Source of the DNA: Elusimicrobiota bacterium | GTDB lineage: Bacteria; Elusimicrobiota; Endomicrobiia; CG1-02-37-114; JAHJSO01 | Length of the DNA stretch: 25,578 nucleotides | NCBI GenBank assembly: GCA_043826435.1 | Contig: JBDRQF010000042.1 | Span: forward strand, 1-25,578 | Direction: 5' to 3' | In this document: positions 1 to 9,652 of the stretch, piece by piece | Position numbering within the stretch: position 1 is the first letter of the stretch | Layout of the letters: every line of letters begins with the position of its first letter | The notes under the pieces: model-generated | Database searches by the model: none | Told to the model about the DNA's origin: nothing | What the model saw: only the letters and a program-made list of their open reading frames with translations | Made by a program: the position numbers and the translations under genes

Positions 1-2
1 CA

Positions 3-566
3 GCGTCAAAAGTTTTTGTCAAAAGGGGCTATTTCAGAACCCAGATGGAAGATGTTGCAAAAGAATCTGAAGTGGCGAAGGGGACCCTGTATCTTTATTT
101 CAAAAGCAAAGAAGAACTTTTTGCTTCACTTTTTGAAAGTATGTTTGATCAGGGCTATTTTAACATAGAAAAAATAAAAAATTTACCAGACGCAGCCACG
201 GAAAAACTCAAATTATATGTAAAAACCCAGATGGAGTTTTGTGAAAAAAACATGGAACTGTTTATGATGATGGACAGAGAGTTTTCTCACATTGAAAAAA
301 CTCTAAGAAGGGATCATACGCAGAAAGTGATGAAGAAATATGAAAAAATAATCGGTTCTTTGTCTGAAATTATTGACCAGGGTATAAAAGAAAGATTGAT
401 CAGGGCGGTTGACCCTGTTCTTGTTTCCTTGATTTTGCTTGGTATAATTAAGGCATTTGTTTTTAAAAGTATAAAGTTCCACAATAAAGAAAAATTGACC
501 GACCAGATTGCAATTGTTATGGGCATTTTTTTGAAGGGCGTTGGAGCACAGGGAAAGAAAAGGTAG
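3..566 (+). CDS. TetR/AcrR family transcriptional regulator (5' end truncated by the window edge)
   Basis: The frame is open from position 3 (ASKVFVKRGYFRTQMEDVAKESEVAKGTLYLYFKSKEELF), which is a classic TetR N-terminal HTH. The ATG at 45 is internal. It is the first gene of an efflux operon. Confidence 0.93.
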   Translation, partial: ASKVFVKRGYFRTQMEDVAKESEVAKGTLYLYFKSKEELFASLFESMFDQGYFNIEKIKNLPDAATEKLKLYVKTQMEFCEKNMELFMMMDREFSHIEKTLRRDHTQKVMKKYEKIIGSLSEIIDQGIKERLIRAVDPVLVSLILLGIIKAFVFKSIKFHNKEKLTDQIAIVMGIFLKGVGAQGKKR

Positions 567-578
567 AGGAATAAAAAA

Positions 579-1973
579 TTGAATTTAAGAAAAATGTCGT
601 TGATTTTTATGGCGATTGTATTGCTGTCCTGTTTTTTGATGGCGCGTATATCTAATTCAGAAGAAAATAGTTTAACGCTTGAAGAGTGTATAGAGACGGC
701 TTTAAAAAACAATCAGGGGTTGAAGATAGCGGAGCAAAAATTAAATTCAGCAAAATACTCAAAAATTCAGGCATTCGGCAGATTTTTCCCCTCTTTAACT
801 CTTACAGGCACTTACGCAAAATTGTCGGAAGTTCCTGAAATTAAGATGGCAACCCCGCAACTCGCTTATTACCCGCCTGCCGCCGGATATGTAATCACCG
901 GCTACGAGACATCATCTATCGGGTTTGGTGGCAGAGAATCAGTTACATCCCGTTTGAGTTTAACCCAGCCGGTCTTTACCGGTGGTAAAATTAGAAATTC
1001 TATCCGTCAGGCAGGGTACGGTTATGAAATAGCAAAAGAGGAATTCAGGAGGACCAAGAATAATTTAATTTTCAATGTCAGAAAAGCGTTCTATTCAGTT
1101 CTTCTCGCAGAGATATTTGTTGAGATTTCAAAAGAAGCGAAAGAAGTCATGCAGAAACACTATGAAATAACGCAGGCACTCTATAAAGAGGGGAAGGTCT
1201 CCGGGTACGGTGTCTCAAAGGTCAAGGTTCAACTTGTTAACAGTGATACCAGTTTAATAAAATCCCAGAATAATTTAGAGTTAGCAAAAAAATTTCTTTT
1301 CAATTTAATAAATCAGAGAGATATTGAAGACAGGACTATTACGGGGACGCTTGAAGGGGAAATAGAAAAACCGGAGGATTTGGAATACTACGTACAGGGA
1401 GCGTTAAAAAACAGACCGGAAATTAAACAATCAGAGTACCAGCAGAAAATCAGTAAATCACTCGTAAAACTGGCAATTGCAGAAAATCTGCCGAATATAT
1501 CTTTAGTCGGTAACTATGAGTATCAGAAGCCGTATTATTTTGTTGATGAATGGACAGGCGTCTGGAGTGGAATGGTTATGCTGAATTATCCTATACTGGA
1601 CGGGCTGGGAATATCAAACTATGGAAAGATAAAAAGTGCAAAAACGATAGAGATGCAGACGGAAATAGCAAAAGACCAACTTGAAGATGGGATTAAACTT
1701 GAGGTAGAGAAGGCATATCTTAATTTGACAGAATCGGCAGAAAGGATATCCGCCCAGAAAGAAAATGTTGAGAATGCAAAAGAAAATTTAAAAATTGCCC
1801 AGGAAAGATACCGTCTTGGGTTGATGTCTGATATAGAAGTCCGTGACACACAACTTGCTCTGACCCAGGCAGAAGTAAATTATTTTCAGACACTGTATGA
1901 TTATAAAATAGCACAGGCGGAGATTATGAAGGATATTGGCGTAAATCCAACTCAGGGGGGAACATTAAGATGA
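579..1973 (+). CDS. TolC family outer membrane efflux protein
   Basis: Signal peptide, LTLEECIETALKNN start, FFPSLTL and LPNISL repeats, QPVFTGG, and ERYRLG...EVRDTQ C-terminal motif. TTG start follows AGAGGA. Confidence 0.93.
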   Translation: MNLRKMSLIFMAIVLLSCFLMARISNSEENSLTLEECIETALKNNQGLKIAEQKLNSAKYSKIQAFGRFFPSLTLTGTYAKLSEVPEIKMATPQLAYYPPAAGYVITGYETSSIGFGGRESVTSRLSLTQPVFTGGKIRNSIRQAGYGYEIAKEEFRRTKNNLIFNVRKAFYSVLLAEIFVEISKEAKEVMQKHYEITQALYKEGKVSGYGVSKVKVQLVNSDTSLIKSQNNLELAKKFLFNLINQRDIEDRTITGTLEGEIEKPEDLEYYVQGALKNRPEIKQSEYQQKISKSLVKLAIAENLPNISLVGNYEYQKPYYFVDEWTGVWSGMVMLNYPILDGLGISNYGKIKSAKTIEMQTEIAKDQLEDGIKLEVEKAYLNLTESAERISAQKENVENAKENLKIAQERYRLGLMSDIEVRDTQLALTQAEVNYFQTLYDYKIAQAEIMKDIGVNPTQGGTLR

Positions 1974-2857
1974 AAAAAATAATTCTATTTTCTCTGGCGA
2001 CACTGTTACTTATTTCGTCCTGCGGCAGGAAAAAACATGACGAGAGCACTAAAATTGAGACCGCGGTTCCCGTTAAAGTTACAGAAGGCCAACACGGAAC
2101 AATTTATGAAACGATATCACTTTCAGGAGATATATATGGGCAGAAAGAAGCAAAGGTCTATGCCAAAGTTCCGGGAAAACTTATAAAGAAGGTAAAATCG
2201 GAAGGCGAACCTGTTAAAGAAAACCAGATAATCGCCCTGATAAGCAGGGATGAAGAAGCAATGGACTTTGCAGACGCAGAGGTAAAATCACCGATTGATG
2301 GAATCATCTCTAAATATTTTATTGGTCTGGGAGAGTCGGTTTTTCCGATGCAGACGCCGGTTGTAATGGTTGCAGATATAAATAAACTTATAGTTGAAGT
2401 ATATGTAAGCGGGAAAGACCTCTCCAAAATAAAAAGGGGCCAGTCGGCAAAAATTGGCATGGATATTTTTCCAGACAAGATATTCCGGGGGCAGGTGGTG
2501 GAAGTTGAGCCGGTAATAAACCCTGCGACGAGGAAATCAAAGGTTAAAATTGAACTTGAAAATAAGGACGGCCTTCTCAGACCAGGAATGTTCGCTATGG
2601 CGGATATAATAATAAATGTTCATAGAGGGATAGTCGTTTCGGTTAACGCAGTCCTAAAAAAAGATGATAAAGAATTTGTGTTTGTTATTGACGACGAAAA
2701 TAGAGCAAAATTGATTTATGTTACTACAGGAATGAAGGATAATGAAAAGATTATAATAAAAGAAGGACTTAAAAAAGGACAAAAAGTAATCTTTGAAGGA
2801 AATTATGCCTTGATTGAAGGCACAAAGATAGAAATTACCGGGGGATACGATAGGTGA
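1970..2857 (+). CDS. RND efflux periplasmic adaptor (membrane fusion protein), lipoprotein, lacking the alpha-hairpin
   Basis: Lipobox LISSC, lipoyl halves VYAKVPGKL..EGEPV and VKSPIDG, INPATR, LRPGMFA and GLKKGQKVIFEG. ATGA overlap with tolC. Confidence 0.92.
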   Translation: MKKIILFSLATLLLISSCGRKKHDESTKIETAVPVKVTEGQHGTIYETISLSGDIYGQKEAKVYAKVPGKLIKKVKSEGEPVKENQIIALISRDEEAMDFADAEVKSPIDGIISKYFIGLGESVFPMQTPVVMVADINKLIVEVYVSGKDLSKIKRGQSAKIGMDIFPDKIFRGQVVEVEPVINPATRKSKVKIELENKDGLLRPGMFAMADIIINVHRGIVVSVNAVLKKDDKEFVFVIDDENRAKLIYVTTGMKDNEKIIIKEGLKKGQKVIFEGNYALIEGTKIEITGGYDR

Positions 2858-5800
2858 ATATACCTGCATTTTCTGTAAAAAGGGCCGTTACCGTTACAAT
2901 GTTGGTTTTGATAATTGTTGTGCTCGGTCTTATAAGTTATACACGGTTAGGGTTTGACCTGCTCCCCGATATAACATATCCCGTGGTTTCCGTTGTAATC
3001 AGATATCCGGGCGCTTCGCCCGAAGACATTGAAAAACTCGTAACAAAACCGGTTGAAGAAACGATAGTTACGATAAAGAATGTTAAAAAGGTAAACTCAA
3101 CCTCGTTTGAGGGATTTGCCATATTGCAGGTTGAGTTTGAATGGGGAACGAATATTGACCTTGCATCACAGGATATCAGGGACAATATTGATTTGATGAA
3201 AAGTTTTCTTCTCCCGGAAGATGTGCAAAAACCAATGGTTCTAAAATTTGACTCGTCAATGATGCCTCTTCTGGTTTATGGGGTTACGGGCGGCAGAGAC
3301 AGAACACTTATAAGTTTGAAGAATGTTACAAAGGAAATGATTAAAGACCGGCTTGAACAGATTGACGGTGTTGCAAGTGCGATGCTCTGGGGTGGCGAAG
3401 AAAGAGAAATCTTTATTGAGGTTGACAGGAAGAAACTTGATGTCTATGGAATTACAATGGAAGAGATAATTTCCCGTCTGCGAGCAGAGAACTACAATTT
3501 ACCGGGGGGAAATTTGCAGGAGAACCACAAAGAATATATCCTGAGGACCGTCGGGGAATTTAAGGATATAAAAGAAATAGAAACGATGCCCATCGGTTTC
3601 AGGGCGAATACTCCGATATATTTAAAAGATGTTGTAAAGATAAAAGACACGGTGAAAGAAACAAAATCAATTGCAAAAACAAATGAAAGCGACTCTGTTA
3701 TGTTTTTTGTCACGAAAGAATCGGGTGCAAATACTGTTATCGTAGCAAGAAAAGTAAAAAAAGAATTAAGATTGATTGAGAAAGACCTGCCCGAAGATAT
3801 AAAACTGCATATGGTTTTTGATATGTCAAGATTCATCAGTAGAGTAATAGACGCGACAACTTCAAATGCAGTTCTTGGTAGTGTTTTCGCCATTATAATC
3901 CTTTACTTTTTCTTACGGAACTGGAGGCCACGATAACTATTGGTATAAATATCCCGCTGTCGGTCCTGGCGACCTTTATCCCGTTGTATTTTTTTGGACA
4001 ATCACTGAACTTTATTACAATGATAGGAATTGCACTCGGAGTAGGGATGCTGGTTGACAATTCTATTGTCGTTATTGAGAATATTTACAGGCATTTTACG
4101 GAAGGGGAAGATAGAATTCAGGCGTCAATTAATGGGGCTTCAGAAGTAGGTATGGCGATAACCACTTCAACAATTACTACACTTATTGTATTCCTCCCGT
4201 TGATTTTTGCAAAAGGACTGACTGGAAAATTATTTGAAGGACTTGGAATAGCGGTTTCATCAAGTTTACTGGGGTCTCTTTTTATTTCTCTTACGATTGT
4301 CCCTGTTATAACATCAAAGTTTCTGTCAAGGAACACGGGAAGATCTTCCAATAAAGAAAGGAAGGTTATAGAACCAATAAAAAATATTTACAGAACAACA
4401 CTTGAAGTGGTTTTAAAAAACAGGGCAAAAACGCTTTTGGTTGTTTTTGGTGCTTTGATTTTGAGTATTGTTGCAGCGATATTGTTTGCAGGGCGAGAGT
4501 TTTTCCCGGAAGTAGATAACAGTATGGCGATGGTTAAATTAAAAATGCCGGTGGGGACCAATCTTGAAGAGACCTACAGGGTTGCAAGAATAATAGAGGG
4601 TCTTTTACTTAGGGGAGAAAAGGGTGTAGAGACAGTACTTACATCGGTAGGGGTTGCAGAGGGACAGGAGACAGATGCTGCAATGGGGACAGGACCTTCA
4701 GGACCAAACGAGGCACAACTCTTTATAAGGTTATTTGAAAAAAAACACAGGAAAAAAGGCACTAAAGAAATAATAGCGAATGTTAAAAACCAGATGCCCC
4801 GTTTTGAAGGTGTAAAAATTGAGTTTACAGATATGGGGAGAACAATGATGACAGGGGGTGGCAGTCAGGAGAAACCGATTGATATAAAACTATTTGGCAA
4901 AGACCTGAAAATGCTTGAATTACTGGCAGAAAAAGCAGAGAATACAATACGGCATATAGACGGTATTTCAGATGTAAGTTTGTCGCTTGAAAAGGGAAAA
5001 CCCGAGATAGTTATAAGAATAAACAGAGAGAAAACAAGCAGGTTGGGTTTGACCGTCTATCAGGTTGCTCAGGAAATTCAGACGGCGATAAAAGGTAGGG
5101 TTGCAACAAGGGCGCACTGGGAAGGAGAGGAAATTGATATAAGGGTTCAGTTTTCTTTAAAGGACAGAAGTTCAATCGCCGACTTAAAAAAAATGAGTAT
5201 TCCTGTTCGGTCAGATATGGGGCATAGGGGTTCATATGTTCAACTTGATGAAGTGGCGGAAATATCGCGTGAAACAGGCCCGGTAAAATTGACAAGGGAA
5301 AATCAGAAAAAAGTGATTTCAATAAGTGCAAATGTTATTGGACGTAATATTGGAAAAGTAACGAGTGATGTCCGGAGAGAAATTAACAAAATGACATTCC
5401 CGGAGGGATATTTCGTTAAATATGGCGGGGAAGCAGAACAGATGACGGAAACATTCAGGGACCTCGGGCTAATACTTTTGCTTGCTATCGTTTTAATATA
5501 TATGGTTATGGCAGCGCAGTTTGAATCATTTGTCCATCCTTTTGTAATTATGTTTACTGTTCCTTTTTCAATAATTGGTGCTCTTCTCGGGTTGCTGATT
5601 TTTGGCAAGGCGATTTCTTTGCCGGCAGGAATGGGTATGCTTATAATGAGCGGCGTAATAGTTAATAACGGGATAGTTCTTGTTGATTATACAAATCAGT
5701 TAAGACACAGCGGGAAAGAAAAATACCAGGCGATAATTGAAGCGGGGTTAACACGCCTGCGCCCCGTTCTTATGACCGCATTGACCACAATTCTCGCTAT

Positions 5801-5990
5801 GCTGCCCATGGCAATATCTACACAGGAGGGTGCCGAAGTCAGGTCAGTGGTTGCACTTGTTATGATAGGCGGACTTATTGTAGGAACGCTCCTTACCCTG
5901 ATTGTCCTGCCGGTCGTCTATATTCTTACGGATGACTTCAGTTCCAATCTCACATCAAAGATGACGGTTCTTATCAGGAAAGAAAAATAA
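2854..5990 (+). pseudogene. AcrB/AcrD/AcrF family RND permease split by a 1-bp frameshift at about 3929 (real lesion or sequencing error)
   Basis: ORF 2854-3936 (YPGASPEDIEKLVTKPVE...) and the frame of ORF 3984-5990 (GMLVDNSIVVIENI, IVNNGIVLVD, TRLRPVLMTALTT) join as LRNWRP-TITIGINIPLSVLATF if one base is restored at 3929/3930. The joined protein is about 1045 aa, a normal RND length. Confidence 0.9.
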
Positions 5991-5996
5991 ATTTTT

Positions 5997-6026
5997 TTAT
6001 TGCACTCCCCTGTTATTGCACCCCCC
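5997..6026. repeat. 14-bp direct repeat TTATTGCAC(T/C)CCCC x2 (period 16) abutting the fur -35 box
   Basis: TTATTGCACTCCCC at 5997-6010 and TTATTGCACCCCCC at 6013-6026. Confidence 0.75.
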
Positions 6027-6055
6027 TTGACAAATAATTTACATTTTTGTATAAT
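6027..6055 (+). promoter_or_regulatory. Consensus sigma70 promoter of the fur-feoB operon
   Basis: TTGACA (6027-6032), a 17-bp spacer and TATAAT (6050-6055), 50 nt upstream of the fur ATG. Confidence 0.9.
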
Positions 6056-6056
6056 T

Positions 6057-6075
6057 GATAATGATAATCAAAATC
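6057..6075 (+). promoter_or_regulatory. Fur box overlapping the predicted transcription start
   Basis: GATAATGATAATCAAAATC matches the canonical GATAATGATAATCATTATC at 17/19 positions and lies directly upstream of fur/feoB. Confidence 0.9.
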
Positions 6076-6105
6076 ATAAATGAAACGAGATAAATTGGGG
6101 GAAAA

Positions 6106-6558
6106 ATGAAACAAGAAGAAAAGACATTTGAGAAATATATTAACGAAAAAGGGCTGAAACACAGCAAGCAACGGAATGAGATATTAAGGGTATTTATTAA
6201 CACAGAGAAACATCTTACAGCGGATGAGTTGTACAGGAGCGTAAAAAACAAATATCCTGAGGTAGGTTTCGCTACTGTTTACAGGACATTAAAACTGCTG
6301 TCCGAATGCGGGTTGTGCAGGGAGGTGGTTTTTGGAGACGGCGTCGCGCGGTATGAACACAAGTACGGGCATGAACACCATGATCATCTTGTGTGCGTGA
6401 AATGCGGAAATTTTGTGGAAGTTTTTGAGCCGAGGATTGAGGAACTGCAGGAAAAGTTAGCCGGGAAATACGGCTTCCTGCAGAAACATCACCGTATGGA
6501 AATTTACGGGATATGCAGGAAATGCAACAGAAAAGGATTTCCTGGAAGAAGGCAGTGA
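6106..6558 (+). CDS. fur: Ferric uptake regulator (Fur family)
   Basis: GLKHSKQRNEIL, HLTADELY, GFATVYRTLKLL, HHDHLVCVKCG and YGICRKC motifs. Upstream Fur box. Confidence 0.93.
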   Translation: MKQEEKTFEKYINEKGLKHSKQRNEILRVFINTEKHLTADELYRSVKNKYPEVGFATVYRTLKLLSECGLCREVVFGDGVARYEHKYGHEHHDHLVCVKCGNFVEVFEPRIEELQEKLAGKYGFLQKHHRMEIYGICRKCNRKGFPGRRQ

Positions 6559-6577
6559 AGAAGGCGATTGCTGTTCT

Positions 6578-8488
6578 ATGGACAATAAAAGAATAATTCT
6601 CGTCGGAAGTCCGAACGTGGGCAAGTCGGTTATATTTTATCAACTGACGGGACAATACGCTACCGTCTCAAACTATCCCGGCACAACGGTGGAGGTTTTA
6701 ACCGCCCCCTCGGACGTCGGCGGCAGGAAGTACGAGGTCATTGACACCCCAGGCGTCCACTCCCTGTGGCCGCAGAGCGAGGACGAGGAAATAACCCTTT
6801 CAATAATAAAAGAAAACCCCGGTAGTATAATCCTTCATATCATAGACGCAAAAAACCTGCAGAGGTCATTGTGCCTGACTTTCCAGTTGATTGAGATGAG
6901 GATGCCCCTTATATTGGTTTTAAATTTATACGACGAGGCGCAGGATAAAGGGATAAAGATTAATACCACCCTTTTGGAGAACACGCTCGGGGTGTCCGTT
7001 GTACCGACAGTGGCCACGGTCGGCGAAGGCATGTCCGCGTTGAAGCAGAAAATATCCGAGGCCGCCGCAAAGTCAGCGGTAACTGATTATGTTATGTATT
7101 ACCCCCCGGAAATCAACAGGATACGGAGAGTCCTGTCAAAATACAACCTGCCGGCGGGGTTTGACCTGGTACTAATCGGTAGCGAAGAAAAGGTTATAAA
7201 GGGGTTGTCATCAGACGAATCCCTCCTTAAAGACGTCCGGAAAGAGAAAAGGAAATTTGCCAGGCCGCCGGTTAACATAATCTTTGAGACATACTATAAG
7301 AATGCACTTGAAGTCGTTGCGGGAGTATTAAGGCAGCGGACGACAAAATCCGGAGCCATGGAGAATTTAGGTTACTACCTCCTGAGGCCGTTCCCGGGGT
7401 ATATCGTCGTGGCGGCGGTGCTTTACCTGATGTATCTCTTTATAGGTGTTTTCGCTGCCGGCACTCTCGTTGATTTCCTGGAAGAGAGGGTTTTTAATTC
7501 TTTAATAAATCCGGCGATAACGTCGGTATTTGACGGGTTACGGATAACGGGTTTCTTCAGGGAGATGTTCGTCGGTAAATACGGTATGGTCACGATGGCG
7601 GTGACATACGCCGTTGCAATAATACTCCCCATAGTGGGGGCGTTTTTTATATTTTTTAGTTTACTGGAGGATTCAGGGTATATGCCGCGGCTTGCCGCTC
7701 TGCTTGACAGGTTTTTCAGGTGGATAGGGCTTAACGGCAAGGCCGTCCTGCCGATGATACTTGGACTTGGTTGCGGGACAATGGCTACGCTTACGACGAG
7801 GATTCTTGAGACAAAGAGGGAAAGGATAATCGCCACGTTCCTGCTGAGTTTGTGCATACCCTGTTCGGCCCAGTTGGGGATTATTCTCGGGCTGCTGTCC
7901 GCACAGTCGTTCGGTTCGTTCTTAATCTGGTTTGTGACGATGATAACGGTTTTCACCGTCGTGGGCATTGCAATAAACAGGATACTGCCCGGGGCGACGA
8001 GCCAGTTCCTTATTGAGATACCGCCCCTGCGTTTACCGATGATATCCAACATTCTGCTGAAAATTAAGCAGAGGATGTTGTGGTATCTTAAAGAGGCGGT
8101 CCCGCTTTTTATCCTCGGAACGTTTATACTCTTTATGCTGGACAAAACGGGTTTTCTTGAGATTGTAACCGGTGTGATGTCCCCTGTTATAAGAGGGGTC
8201 CTCGGGCTGCCGGAAAAGACGGCGAATGTTTTTTTGATAGGGTTTTTAAGGCGTGACTACGGTGCGGCAGGGTTTTATGACCTGGCAGAGAAGGGGTTTC
8301 TGGACAGGAGGCAGGTTGTCGTCGGTCTCGTCACGATGACGCTCTTTGTCCCGTGCCTGGCGCAGTTTTTGGTGATGTTGAAAGAAAGGGGGAAAAGGGT
8401 AGCCCTGACGATTTTTGCGCTTGTGACGTTGTTTGCGGTAATAATCGGAGGTATTTTAAGCAGGGCTTTGTCATTTTTTGGATTTTAA
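6578..8488 (+). CDS. feoB: Ferrous iron transport protein B
   Basis: GTPase motifs GSPNVGKS, VSNYPGTTVE, DTPG and NLYD. Membrane domain with LEDSGYMPRLA, LGLGC, IPCSAQ and LFVPCLA. Confidence 0.96.
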   Translation: MDNKRIILVGSPNVGKSVIFYQLTGQYATVSNYPGTTVEVLTAPSDVGGRKYEVIDTPGVHSLWPQSEDEEITLSIIKENPGSIILHIIDAKNLQRSLCLTFQLIEMRMPLILVLNLYDEAQDKGIKINTTLLENTLGVSVVPTVATVGEGMSALKQKISEAAAKSAVTDYVMYYPPEINRIRRVLSKYNLPAGFDLVLIGSEEKVIKGLSSDESLLKDVRKEKRKFARPPVNIIFETYYKNALEVVAGVLRQRTTKSGAMENLGYYLLRPFPGYIVVAAVLYLMYLFIGVFAAGTLVDFLEERVFNSLINPAITSVFDGLRITGFFREMFVGKYGMVTMAVTYAVAIILPIVGAFFIFFSLLEDSGYMPRLAALLDRFFRWIGLNGKAVLPMILGLGCGTMATLTTRILETKRERIIATFLLSLCIPCSAQLGIILGLLSAQSFGSFLIWFVTMITVFTVVGIAINRILPGATSQFLIEIPPLRLPMISNILLKIKQRMLWYLKEAVPLFILGTFILFMLDKTGFLEIVTGVMSPVIRGVLGLPEKTANVFLIGFLRRDYGAAGFYDLAEKGFLDRRQVVVGLVTMTLFVPCLAQFLVMLKERGKRVALTIFALVTLFAVIIGGILSRALSFFGF

Positions 8489-8535
8489 CCGGGTATTGCA
8501 GGGGCCAGGATAGCGGAGCCCTGCGAGGGGGGATT

Positions 8536-9261
8536 ATGGTAAGACCAAGAGACGTTCAGGAGTCGCTGATTATTATATGGAATGAGAAAGAGAAAAAAAA
8601 CGATGCGGTTGAAGAGATAAAAAAGGTGCTGTCGGAAGAATTATCGGTCCTGCCGCCTCACAGGTACCAGTGCGGTCACAGGCACGGCACGTCCGTAAAC
8701 GGATGCCCGGCAGAAAAAGGGGAGGATATATTTGAATATCTGGTGAAGGAGAATCTTGTGAAGGTAAATGACGGCAGGGTTGAATTTACTGAGAAAGGGC
8801 AGGAGCAGGCGTCTCACCTCACCCGCCGGCACCGTCTTGCCGAGAGATTGCTGAACGACGTCCTTGAAGTGAGGGGGGATGAGATGCACAAGGCCGCCTG
8901 CGAGTTTGAACACTCCATATCTGAGGAAGTGGAGGGGTCAATCTGCACTTTCCTTGGTCACCCGCAGGTATGCCCGCATGGCTCAAAAATCCCCAGGGGG
9001 GCCTGTTGCAGGGGGGCGTTGAAGGAAGTAAAATCAATAATCGTACCGCTTGTTGAACTTGGCCCCGGTGAAGAAGCCCAGGTGGTTTATATCAACGCCC
9101 CGGAACATTCCGTTATTCATAAGATGCTCGCCATGGGCATAACGCCGGGCACAAGGATAAAACTTCACCAGAAATCGCCCGTGTTGATTGTTATCATCGG
9201 AAATGCAACCCTTGCGATTGAAGAGGGGCTGGCTGAAAAGGTTTTCGTCAGGAGGAAATAG
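8536..9261 (+). CDS. DtxR/IdeR/MntR-type metal-binding protein with C-terminal FeoA domain and an atypical HTH region
   Basis: TEKG..A...RRHRLAERLL, ACEFEH and LGHPQVCPHG mark the DtxR dimerisation/metal domain. The C-terminal LAMGITPGTRI..P is FeoA/SH3-like. The start is placed at ATG 8536 after GAGGGGGG, not at 8353. Confidence 0.88.
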   Translation: MVRPRDVQESLIIIWNEKEKKNDAVEEIKKVLSEELSVLPPHRYQCGHRHGTSVNGCPAEKGEDIFEYLVKENLVKVNDGRVEFTEKGQEQASHLTRRHRLAERLLNDVLEVRGDEMHKAACEFEHSISEEVEGSICTFLGHPQVCPHGSKIPRGACCRGALKEVKSIIVPLVELGPGEEAQVVYINAPEHSVIHKMLAMGITPGTRIKLHQKSPVLIVIIGNATLAIEEGLAEKVFVRRK

Positions 9262-9271
9262 TGAACGGGCT

Positions 9272-9643
9272 CTATTTTTTTTTACTGAGGTAGTCGTTTA
9301 TTGCTGACCTGAGCGCATTCTCCGCAAGGACGGAACAGTGCATTTTTATGGGAGGCAGTCCCCCGAGGTTTTCAGCGACCGTTTTGTTTGAAATGTTCAG
9401 CGCCTCTTCAATCGTTTTGCCTTTGACCATCTGGGTTACCATTGATGATGTTGCAATAGCAGCGCCACAGCCGAAGGTCTTGAATTTTGCGTCAACAATC
9501 CGCCCGTCTTTTACCTTTATGTAGAGTTCCATTATGTCCCCGCAGACGGGGTTGCCCGCCCTGCCGGTACCGTCGGGGTTTTCTATCTCCCCGACGTTCC
9601 TCGGGTTCCTGAAATGTTCCATTACCTTTTCGCTGTATTGCAT
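9272..9643 (-). CDS. iscU: Fe-S cluster scaffold IscU/NifU-N
   Basis: YSEKVMEHFRNPRNVG, NPVCGD, FKTFGCGAAIATSS and LPPIKMHCSVLA. Confidence 0.96.
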   Translation of the reverse strand: MQYSEKVMEHFRNPRNVGEIENPDGTGRAGNPVCGDIMELYIKVKDGRIVDAKFKTFGCGAAIATSSMVTQMVKGKTIEEALNISNKTVAENLGGLPPIKMHCSVLAENALRSAINDYLSKKK

Positions 9644-9652
9644 TTGGCCGCC

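Noticed and set aside
3901..3915. Programmed -1 ribosomal frameshift at C TTT TTC in the RND gene
   Set aside because: It is not a canonical slippery heptamer, and shifting there would corrupt the conserved FLRNWR segment.
8353..8535. N-terminal extension of the DtxR-like ORF as given in the ORF track
   Set aside because: It overlaps feoB by 136 nt, whereas ATG 8536 has a good RBS.
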